This document shows positions 46,849 through 55,426 of a stretch of 64,000 bases of DNA, piece after piece. Source of the DNA: an uncultured Thermoplasmata archaeon. Lineage in GTDB: Archaea > Thermoplasmatota > Thermoplasmata > Lutacidiplasmatales > UBA184. A model generated the notes under the pieces. The model was given only the letters and a program-made list of their open reading frames with translations, had not been told where the DNA came from and ran no database searches. The stretch covers positions 125,681 to 189,680 of the forward strand of contig CAWJFK010000025.1 in NCBI GenBank assembly GCA_963842165.1, written 5' to 3'. The number at the start of each line of letters is the position of its first letter. The first letter of the stretch is position 1. A program made the translations under genes and the position numbers.

Positions 46849-48576
46849 GTGACGGTGGCCCCCGAGGTCCGCACCCGAGCTCTCCGGCTGGCGCTCGAGA
46901 ATGCGGTCACCCATGCCGGGGCAGCGCGGGTCGACCCCATCGTGGGCCGCCTCCTGGCGACCGACCCGGCTCTTCGCCCGCACGCGGTCGAAGTGCGTGA
47001 CCTCGTTTCGGAGGTGGTCGCCGAGGTGCTCTCGATCCCCGGCCCGGAACTGGTCGACCGACTCGCCCGCTTGGGCGGGCCCGAGACGGCCCGGGCCCGC
47101 GAGCCGTCGAGTACCGGAGGCGACTTCCCCGAGCTGGTCGGAGCGGTCCCCGGTCAGGTCGTCCTCCGGCTCGCGCCGTTCCCCAGCGGGGCCCTCCACA
47201 TCGGGCACGCCCGCATGATCTTCATCAACCAGTACTACCGGGAAAAGTACGGCGGCAAGATCCTCTTGGTCTTCGACGACACGGTCGGTTCCGAGGAAAA
47301 GCGAGTCGAGACCGAGTTCTTCGGCCTGATCGAGGACGACCTCCGGGCCGCCGGCGTGCGGCCCGACGTGGTCTACTACAAGTCCGACCGAATCCCGAAC
47401 TTCTACCCGTGGGCGCGACGGGTCATCGACAAGGGAGGCGCGTACGTCTGCACCTGCCCCGCCGAGCTGCTCCGCGAGAATCGGGCGGGCGGCCGCGCCT
47501 GCCTCCACCGGAGTCAGACCATTGAGGAGACGGTCGAGGAGTGGGAGAAGATGCTGGCCAACGCCTACGGCCCGGGCGAGGCGGTGCTGCGTCTGCGGAC
47601 CGACCTCAACGACCCTGACCCGGCGTTCCGCGACCGCGTCCTCCTGCGGATCAGCGACATCGACCACCCTCGGGTCGGCACGAAGTATCGCCTCTGGCCG
47701 ATGCTCGAGTTTTCGTGGGCGGTCGATGATATCGAGCTCGGCATCACCCACGTGATGCGCGGGAAGGACCTCGTGATCGAAGACCGGATGCAGCGGTACA
47801 TCTGGGACCTCCTCGGCATCTCGGGTCCGCCGTTCCTTCACTGGGGGATCCTTCGGGTCCGCGAGGCCAAGGTCGCCAAGAGCAAGGCCTACCGCGAGGT
47901 CAAGTCGGGTCTGTACGACGGTTGGGCCGACCCCCGAACGTGGTCCCTCCGCTCGCTCGATCGTCGGGGGATCTCGATGGACGCGATCCGGGCCTTCACG
48001 CTCTCGTTCGGAATGTCCCTCTCGGATGTGGAGGTCCCGGCCGAGACGCTCTACTCCGAGAATCGAAAGCGGATCGATGCCACGACCCCGCGCCGTGCGT
48101 TCGTAGCCGATCCGGTGCGGGTCGACGTGGACGAGTTCCCCGACGGGCTCTCCTCGGTCACGCTCTCCAACCACCCGGCCGCCGAGCTCGGTTCGCGGAC
48201 GGTGCCGACGGGGCCTTCGTTCTTCCTGGCCCGCAAGGACCTGGAAGCCCGCGCCGGGACCGAAGTTCGCCTCAAGGACCTCCTCAACATCGAACTTCCG
48301 ACGACGCCGCTTTCTCCCGCCGGGAACTTGCGGGCCCGGTTCACGAGCCGGGAGAACAAGCGGATCCCCCGGCTCCAATGGGTGGGCGCGATGGGAGCCC
48401 TCGCGGTCGATGTCCTCGGGATCGAGGGGGAGCACACGTCGGGTCTCGGTGAGGCGACGCTCGCCGAGGCCCGCCCGAGCGAGATCTTCCAGTTCGAGCG
48501 GGTGGGCTTCGTCCGGGTCGAGCGCGATTGGGCGCCCGGCGCAGGCCCCCTGCGGGTCGTCTTCGGCCACCCGTGA
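46849..48576 (+). CDS. gltX: Glutamate--tRNA ligase (archaeal type)
   Basis: RLAPFPSGALHIGH, FDDT, THVMRGKD, GW.DPR and FQFERVGF motifs. Confidence 0.96.
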   Translation: MTVAPEVRTRALRLALENAVTHAGAARVDPIVGRLLATDPALRPHAVEVRDLVSEVVAEVLSIPGPELVDRLARLGGPETARAREPSSTGGDFPELVGAVPGQVVLRLAPFPSGALHIGHARMIFINQYYREKYGGKILLVFDDTVGSEEKRVETEFFGLIEDDLRAAGVRPDVVYYKSDRIPNFYPWARRVIDKGGAYVCTCPAELLRENRAGGRACLHRSQTIEETVEEWEKMLANAYGPGEAVLRLRTDLNDPDPAFRDRVLLRISDIDHPRVGTKYRLWPMLEFSWAVDDIELGITHVMRGKDLVIEDRMQRYIWDLLGISGPPFLHWGILRVREAKVAKSKAYREVKSGLYDGWADPRTWSLRSLDRRGISMDAIRAFTLSFGMSLSDVEVPAETLYSENRKRIDATTPRRAFVADPVRVDVDEFPDGLSSVTLSNHPAAELGSRTVPTGPSFFLARKDLEARAGTEVRLKDLLNIELPTTPLSPAGNLRARFTSRENKRIPRLQWVGAMGALAVDVLGIEGEHTSGLGEATLAEARPSEIFQFERVGFVRVERDWAPGAGPLRVVFGHP

Positions 48577-48625
48577 GTCCGAAGCGAACCTTTAGGTGCG
48601 CCGGGTCGAATCCGGGGACGGTCGC

Positions 48626-49014
48626 ATGAAGTTGCTTCACACTTCGATCACCGTGCGCTCGATGGACGAGAGCCTCCGCTTCTACACCGAGGTCCTCGGC
48701 CTCGAGTGAACCGGCGTCGGACGATCCCGGAGAACAAGGCCGAGATCGCCTTCGTGAAGGACCGGGTCTCGGGGGGCCGGATCGAGCTCACGCACTGGGA
48801 CGGGAAGGACACGTTCGAAGCGGGGGAGCAGCTCGACCACCTCGCGTTCGAGGTCGAGGACCTCGACCGATTCCTGATGCGCGTCCGCACGAAGGGGATC
48901 CGGATCGCGAAGGAACCCTACCAGATCTCCGGTGGGTCGACCCGTCTGGCCTTCATCCTCGACCCGAACGACGTCTGGATCGAGCTGATCGAACGGGCGA
49001 AGGCGCCCGGCTGA
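48626..49014 (+). CDS. VOC/glyoxalase family protein (frameshift near 48705)
   Basis: LLHTSITV..SLRFYTEVLG, IELT, HLAFEV and FILDP..WIELIE motifs. Confidence 0.88.
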
Positions 49015-49024
49015 TCCCCGAACC

Positions 49025-50278
49025 GTGCTCCCCCCAGCAGCTCCGTCGGCGCCGGACCAGCGACGGCGGCCGCTGCTCGCGGTCCTGGTCGCGACGTTCT
49101 TCGTTCGACTCGGCTTCGGTCTGACGCTCGCGGTCTTTGCGAGCTACATCCTCGGACGGTCGACCGGGCTCACCGGAAGCAACGTGGGCGCCGCCGGTCT
49201 CATCAGCGCGATGGCACCGGTGGGGGAGTTCTCGACTGTCCTCCTGTCCGGGGCGCTCGCGGACCGGTACGGTCGCTGGCCGGTACTCTTCTCGGGGATG
49301 GCGGCGGCAGCGGTCCTTTTCGCCGTGGCCGCGACGACCCGCGACCGGTACACGCTCGGGGCGATCAACCTCGTCTTCGGGGTCGCGAGCGGGGCGATCC
49401 TGGCCGCCAGCCTCGCCGTGGTCGGCGACCGGGCGGACGAGGCGCCACGGGGGTACGAGATGGGACGTTTCGACGCGATGAACCTGTTCGGTTGGGTCGG
49501 CGGGTTCGCGCTCGGGTTCGGTCTGCTCGGAGCCCTGCCCAACGATCGTCTGGACCTGGTCTTCGCGGGCGGGGCCGTGGCCCTGGCTGGGGGCCTCGGA
49601 GTGACGGCGTGGCTCTTGCGCGGCGCGCCGACCTACCACGGTACCCCGAGCGTACTCCTTCCGGAGCGTGATCCAGAACGTCTTCCGTCGGAGCGTCCTC
49701 CTCGTCACGCTCCCTTGGCTCGTCATCTACATGCTGATCGGGACCGCCCTCGTCTTTCTCGGCACGGCCGCGGAAGGGATCGGGATCTCCACCGACGTCG
49801 CTCGCGCTCGTCATTGGAGGGGGAGGAGCGATCCTGGTGGTCACCCAGCCGTACTACGGCGGGCTCGCGGACCGGCTCGGCCGCAACCGACTGCTCACCG
49901 TGGGGGCGACCGGGTTCGTGGGCGCGATGGGGGCCGCGTCCCTCCTGCTCGCCTACGGGGTCACGTACCCGATCCTGGGCGCGCTGGGACTGAGCGTGAT
50001 CCTCGCGCTCGCCTACGGACCGGCGGCGCTGGCGGCTCTGGCGGACCTGACGCTCGAGATCGAGCCGGGCGACGACGATGGCGATCTACTCGCTGACGAT
50101 CTCGCTCGGGATGCTGGTCGGTCTGATCGCATCGACCGGCTTGTACTCCCGCTACGGCAACGAGGGGATCTACGTCTTCTTCGGGCTGGTCTCGGCCGGA
50201 CTCATCCTCCTCACGGTCGCCCGCGTTCGGGAAACGGCGAAGGCCCCGCCGGCGTCGACTACGACTCCGGCTCAATGA
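49025..50278 (+). CDS. MFS transporter (frameshifted)
   Basis: GALADRYGR and GGLADRLGR motif A copies plus multiple TM helices. Confidence 0.85.
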
Positions 50279-51144
50279 CCACGTGGTGGACGGTGGGCCG
50301 GGCCTGCCCGGATCGCCGCCGTGACCTGGTCGATCGTCTGCTCGATCTGGTCGGTCGTGAGACCGTCCTGGAAGTTGATCCGGAGCGCGAGGAGGGCGTC
50401 CTCGGGGCCGAGGAGCATCGAATGCACGTCCCGGACCTTCGACACGCGCGGGTCCCGTTCGACGATCGAGAGGATGGCGCGCGTGTCGGCCGGCTGGAGC
50501 GCGCGCCCGACTGGGTACTCGCGGCTCTCCGCGCTGAGCACGACACCGGCGGCCACGAGGATCATTCCTTCGATGATCGCGGTGAGACCGTCCACCGCTC
50601 CGTTCCCGGTCCGGTAGACGACGAGGAGACCAATGAACGCCGCGATGGCGCCGACGATCGCGACCAGGTCCTGGTAGAAGATCGACTTCAACCCTTGGTT
50701 GGCGAACGCTAGCAGGGACGCGAGCGTTTCGCGGGAATGCCGGAGCTCACGGAGGGTCACGTAGATCCCCGCGATGCTCGCGAGGACCGTTCCTCCGAGG
50801 ACGATCAGTCCGTAACCGATGTGAGAGATCTTCTCCGGGCTCACGAGCTGCTCAAACCCGACGGTCAGCGCGAGCAGCCCCGCGACCGTGAACGTGACGA
50901 CGATCGAGACGAACGCCCAGAAGAACCGCTCCCGGCCGTGCCCGAACGGTCGGTCGTAATCGGCGGCCCGGCGGGAGAGATAGAGCCCCCAGAGGAGGAA
51001 CGCGCTGCCGACGAGGTCCGTGACCGTGTAGATCGCCTGGGAAAGGACCGCGCGGCTGCCCGAGAGGAGCGCGACGACGAGGTTGACCGCAAAGAGGGAC
51101 GCGTTCAACAGGAGGGTGGCGACGATTACGACCTGAGGACGCAT
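50272..51144 (-). CDS. Cation diffusion facilitator family transporter
   Basis: SGS.AVLS.A....D, RPFGHGRE.FF and a C-terminal dimerisation domain. Confidence 0.88.
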   Translation of the reverse strand: MRPQVVIVATLLLNASLFAVNLVVALLSGSRAVLSQAIYTVTDLVGSAFLLWGLYLSRRAADYDRPFGHGRERFFWAFVSIVVTFTVAGLLALTVGFEQLVSPEKISHIGYGLIVLGGTVLASIAGIYVTLRELRHSRETLASLLAFANQGLKSIFYQDLVAIVGAIAAFIGLLVVYRTGNGAVDGLTAIIEGMILVAAGVVLSAESREYPVGRALQPADTRAILSIVERDPRVSKVRDVHSMLLGPEDALLALRINFQDGLTTDQIEQTIDQVTAAIRAGPAHRPPRGH

Positions 51145-51287
51145 CCGGTGCCCGGGTGCTCCTCCGGGGATGTACCCACCTGGCGCCGGCGGTTAATCCT
51201 TCCGGAAGTCCCCGGACGGTGGTGCGCGCGGGGGAGCGGCCGAACCATTAAATCGCACCGACCGGTGCCCGCCTCCGAGGACAGAGA

Positions 51288-52270
51288 ATGAGCGAGCCGA
51301 CGGTACGGACCCCCCTGGGCACCCCCATCGTCGGGGCATCTCCCACGTCCGGCCCACCCCCGCGTTCCACCCCCGGGCAGCGCTCTCCAAGCTCGGCCTC
51401 TCCCCGGGCAAACGGACCCGCCTCAAGCGCCTACTCTACGACTACGGGCCCGGCGGCGGCACGCTGCTGGTGCTCCCCATCGACCAGGGACTCGAGCACG
51501 GCCCGGTCGACTTCTTCGCCAACCCGGCCGCCCTCGACCCCTCCTATCAGTTCCAGCTCGCGAAGGAGGGTCGTTTCAGCGCGATCGCGCTCCACATCGG
51601 CCTCGCGGAGAAGTACTTCCACGAGTACGCGGGCGAGGTCCCGCTCATCCTCAAGCTGAACGGCAAGACCAGCATCCCCTCCGACGCCCAGTCGTTCAGC
51701 TCGCTGACGGGGACCGTCGAGGACGCCGTCCGCCTCGGTGCCGACGCGGTCGGCTACACGGTCTACGTCGGCTCGCCGGCCCAGGACCGGGACTTCCTCC
51801 AGTTCACCCAGGTCCGCGCTGAGGCCGATCGGTTCGGCGTGCCGGTGATCGTCTGGGCGTACCCGCGAGGTGAGGCGGTCGCGAAGAAGGGCGGGAAGGA
51901 GAGCCTCTACGCGATCGACTACGCCGCGCGCGTCGCGCTCGAACTCGGCGCCGACATCGTGAAGATCAACTACCCGGTCCCGTCGGAGAAGGACAAAGAC
52001 AGTCCCCCGCCCTACAACACGCTCCAGCTCTCCCCCTTCGAGATGTTCCGCAAGGTCGTCGAGAGCGCGGGCCGCAGCCTCGTCCTCGTCTCGGGCGGCG
52101 AGAAGGTCGGGGACAGCGAACTCCTGGACAAGGTCCGCTCCTCGATCGACGCCGGGGCGACCGGGATCATCTTCGGCCGGAACCTCTGGCAGCGACCGAA
52201 GGCCGAGGCCCTCCACCTGACCCGGGATTTGCATGCGATCTTCCGAGAGTACGCCGAGCCCCTCGCCTAG
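51288..52270 (+). CDS. Class I fructose-bisphosphate aldolase (DhnA/FbaB type; frameshifted N-terminus)
   Basis: LPIDQGLEHGP, WAYPRG, ELGADIVK Schiff-base Lys, SGG and IFGRN. Confidence 0.9.
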
Positions 52271-52804
52271 ACCCGCGATCCGCTCCTCCTCCTCCTCGCC
52301 GGGGAGGATCACCCGAAGGCGTGCACCGGCCGTCGCCTCCTCCACCGGGGACTCGCCCGTCCGGTGCGACGCATCGCGAGCGTGCGTCCACCGCCGATCG
52401 GTACTCGACCCGCATGCGGCCGACCCGTTGTCCGCGGCCGACCGCGCGCTCGCCCGGCGAGGCGGGGTCCTGGCGGTCGACTGTTCGTGGAACCGCCTGG
52501 CGAGCCGCGGGCGGCTGCCCGGGCTCGCGGTCGATGACGGGGGCATTCACCGGCGCTTGCCGATCCTGGTCGCGGGCAACCCCCAGCACTTTGGCGCGGA
52601 TCGCCGAGCTGAACACGGTCGAGGCGCTCGAGCGCGGCGCTGTACGTCCTCGGGCAGCGGACGGAGGCGGCCCGTCTTCTCGAAGGCTTCCGCGGGGGCC
52701 ATGGGTTTCTCACGATCAACCGCGAGCGGCTCGACTTGTACGCGAGCCGTCGCACCCCGAGGCCGTGCGCGATCGCCGAGCGCAAGCTGTACGGTGGCGA
52801 GTAG
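52233..52804 (+). CDS. tsr3: 16S rRNA aminocarboxypropyltransferase Tsr3 (DUF367; frameshifted)
   Basis: DHPKACTG.RL, LS.AD, VDCSWN, R.LP.LVAGNP, LNTVEAL and GF..IN motifs. Confidence 0.82.
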
Positions 52805-53711
52805 CGCGCCGGGTCGACCGACGGGTTCGTACGTCTGCCCTTCGGTCGCGAGGTGCTCGATGAGCAGGTCGCGGTCGATTCGACCGGCGCCAGCGAACAG
52901 CGGACCAGGATGACGCCCCCGAATCGCTCGTGCACCCGGGTCGTGTGCAGCGTGAGGCAGCGACCGTCGTAGAGCGGCCGCCCGGTGAGGTCCGGGTCGT
53001 GCCCCCGAAGGAAGACGCGGATACCGGTGGCGCGGAAGAGGCGCTCCAGGTCGCGCCCGCCCCAGGTCGGGACGCCCGACCGCCGGAACCGCGACGGATC
53101 GCACACCGACCACACGATCTCGCTCGAGCCGTTCCTCGTCGATCTTCTCGAACGCGCGGCCCCAGCTCCTCGGACGAACCGACGAGCGGGAATCCCGCGT
53201 GCGCGAGGTAGACCCCGTCGGGTAGGACCGCGGCGAGGGGGCCGCGCTCGAGTAGCGCCTCGATCCGGGTGCACCGGGTCGATTCCGGTCCCCACAGCGC
53301 ATCCACCTCCTCGGGGAGGTCGTGCGGGACGACCGGAATCCGACGCGTCGTCTCGTGGTTTCCCTGGATCAGATAGACCCGGTCCGGGAGATCGGGCTGC
53401 GAGCGACAGGAGATGCAGGGCCGAAGCGACCGAACCCTGCCCGCAGTCGGGGGAGACCGGTCAACATAGTCTCCCAGCCCCACCAGGAGGCGAGGCACTC
53501 CGCCCGCGGAGAACCGGCGCTCTACCTCGAGAGCCGACCGCCAGTCGCCGTGCGTGTCTCCGAACACGATCGCCTCCCGTAGGGAGGTCGTGGCGATCCG
53601 AACGAAGGGCGGATGCACCGGAACGGTCCGCTCGAGCCGGTCCAGCAAGGCGTCCGCGCCCGACTCGTCCAGGTGGAGGATCTGTTCCGGGCTCAGCACG
53701 TCTTCCGGCAT
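52805..53711 (-). CDS. PPP-family metallophosphoesterase (Ser/Thr phosphatase-like; frameshifted, 3' end uncertain)
   Basis: GDTHG, GDYVDR, GNHE, HAG and RGHD motifs. Confidence 0.85.
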
Positions 53712-53750
53712 GACGAAGGGCGCTCCGGATCACTCCTCGCGCCCGGGGGA

Positions 53751-53899
53751 TGCGGGGGGCCGGAGTTCCCGGCCGCCGGTCGGTGCGGACCGGCCGGCCC
53801 TTTGAACCGGCGTATGCCCTAGGCAACAGGGTCCTAAGCCCTGCCTCGGTAGCCCCACCGGCGAGCGCCGGCGGTTTGGCCGAGCTGGAGCACCCCCGC
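53751..53899 (-). tRNA. tRNA-Leu(UAG) with two non-canonical introns (53849-53875 at position 21/22; 53765-53800 at position 59/60)
   Basis: After removing both inserts: GCGGGGG TG CTC CAGCTCGGCCAAC GAG G CAGGG CTTAGGA CCCTG TTGCCTAGGGCATAC GCCGG TTCAAAT CCGGC CCCCCGC A, a standard archaeal Leu cloverleaf. BHB-type motifs are present at both junctions. Confidence 0.9.
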
Positions 53900-53926
53900 A
53901 CAGGAAGGAAGGATCGGACCGCGGAG

Positions 53927-54033
53927 TAGCCCCGGCAGGAGTTCCGGACCGCGGGCTCGCGGACTCCCGCGGCTTTCGAACCTGCGTCGCGAGATCCAGA
54001 GTCTCGCATGATTGGCCACTACACTACGGGGCT
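53927..54033 (-). tRNA. tRNA-Gln(CUG) with a non-canonical intron (53941-53974, position 59/60)
   Basis: Spliced: AGCCCCG TAGTGTAGTGGCCAATCATG CGAGA CTCTGGA TCTCG CGAC GCAGG TTCGAAT CCTGC CGGGGCT A. It has the A1-U72 pair typical of archaeal tRNA-Gln and a BHB at the junction. Confidence 0.92.
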
Positions 54034-54059
54034 ACAGCGCGAGCCAGCGGGGGGCCGTT

Positions 54060-54068
54060 GATAAAACA
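54060..54068 (-). promoter_or_regulatory. TATA-like box for the tRNA-Gln/tRNA-Leu unit
   Basis: TGTTTTATC on the minus strand, about 27-35 nt upstream of tRNA-Gln position 1. Confidence 0.55.
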
Positions 54069-54088
54069 TTCCCCCGGGTCGCGCTTGT

Positions 54089-54460
54089 TCAGCCCTCGAG
54101 CGGAGGGGCGCGCGTGCCGGCCCGTGACGAGGACTGGCGCAATCGCCGCTCCACTTCGTCGTCGGTCAGGTCGTCGACTTCCAGCACCTTCGCTCGGTCA
54201 ACCCGGCCCGTTCCCAACGGACCGCCGTGTGCGGGACGTCCAACCAATCGGCCACGAGTTCGAGGACCGCTCGATTCGCCTGTCCGCCGGTCGGAGCGGC
54301 CCGACAGGCGACCACCCAGCGCGTCCTCCATGGATCCCACCCCGAGTCCGTTCTCTTTCGATCCGGGCTTGACCCAGAGAGAGACTCGCGCCAACGGGGC
54401 ACCCGACGGGATGCGTAGCCTTAGAGCGCCCGGTCGTCGGGGTGAGTGCCCGGAACCCAC
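54089..54460 (-). CDS. DUF167 (YggU-like) protein (frameshifted)
   Basis: LWVKPGS, AAPTGGQANRAV..LA..L.VP..V and R.KVLEV across frames. Confidence 0.75.
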   Translation of the reverse strand: MGSGHSPRRPGALRLRIPSGAPLARVSLWVKPGSKENGLGVGSMEDALGGRLSGRSDRRTGESSGPRTRGRLVGRPAHGGPLGTGRVDRAKVLEVDDLTDDEVERRLRQSSSRAGTRAPPLEG

Positions 54461-54517
54461 TCTCCGGACTGAACGGGGATGAGCGCCATACCGCCAGGCC
54501 GACCGTGACGCGGGGGC

Positions 54518-55218
54518 TCACTCGCGACGGGGGCGCCGGCGCGGGCGCTCGTCCTCGTCCCCGTCGTCTCGGCTCTCCCGCCGACGGAATCCTCCGCCCG
54601 GAGGCCGACTGTACGGGCGCGATCCACCCCGACCGCCGAACTTCCCTCGGGGAGGTCCGCGTTCGAACCGGCGCGCACCGCCACCCCGACCCCCCTCGAA
54701 CTCGCGACGGGGAGGCAGGGTGAACCGATTGCCGCAGGAACCGCATTCGCCCGAGATCGTTCCGTCCGGCGCCGTGGTGAACCGGAGGGGACCTCCGCAC
54801 TCTCGGCAGGGTCGGGCGTTCGACGGACGGGAGCCGGGACCTGAATCGTCAGAACGCTCGGGCCGAGGCGCGCCCCTTCGCGGGAACTCGCGGGGTGCCA
54901 TCCCTGCCGGGTACGTACGAAGAGACCGCTCCGCATCCGGTACAGGTGGCTTCGATCCCGGGGCCACCGGAGGAACGGAACGTCAGCGGAGCGCCGCAGG
55001 CCTGGCAGGGCGGCCCGGCCGCTGCCGGGGCGGCGGTCTTCCAGGATCGAGCCGCGTCGGGACCGCCCGCCGTCCCCGGCTGGTCGGTGCCCGGGCCGGC
55101 CCCCTCCTGCAGAACGGTGAGCTGGTGTCCGCATCCACCGCAGGTGCCGGTCAGCACGGTGGTCGTTCGAGCGTCATATTCCATGGCCGTTCCACAGTCG
55201 GGACAGGTGCGCGTCATG
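54518..55218 (-). CDS. Triple zinc-ribbon protein with RGG/RE-rich C-terminal tail (frameshift near 54905)
   Basis: CPDC..CGGC, CQAC..CTGC, CREC..CGSC, then GGRGGGARRFERGPPRGKFGGRGGSRPY. Confidence 0.75.
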
Positions 55219-55426
55219 TTCGTGAGGAAATGTACGGGCGTCGACCCCTCATTACGCCGCCCCCCGCCGTCGGGGTTGTCCATCCGCCAGCGCCGGCCCC
55301 GCCGGACCAAGGCTTCGGCGCCACTGCCCCGCCCGTCGGGAGGACTGGGCCGCCCCGCGGCCAGTCCGACCCAATGTCACAAATAGGCTCGCTTCGTCCG
55401 CGTCACATCCATGTCCGGGGGGACGC

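Noticed and set aside
46822..48570. Long antisense and alternative-frame ORFs (for example 582 aa opposite gltX)
   Set aside because: Shadow ORFs expected from high GC3 codon bias, with no recognisable motifs.
53740..54040. SRP or RNase P RNA as the explanation for the structured gap
   Set aside because: No SRP helix 8 or RNase P P4 motif was seen. The region is fully explained by two intron-containing tRNAs.
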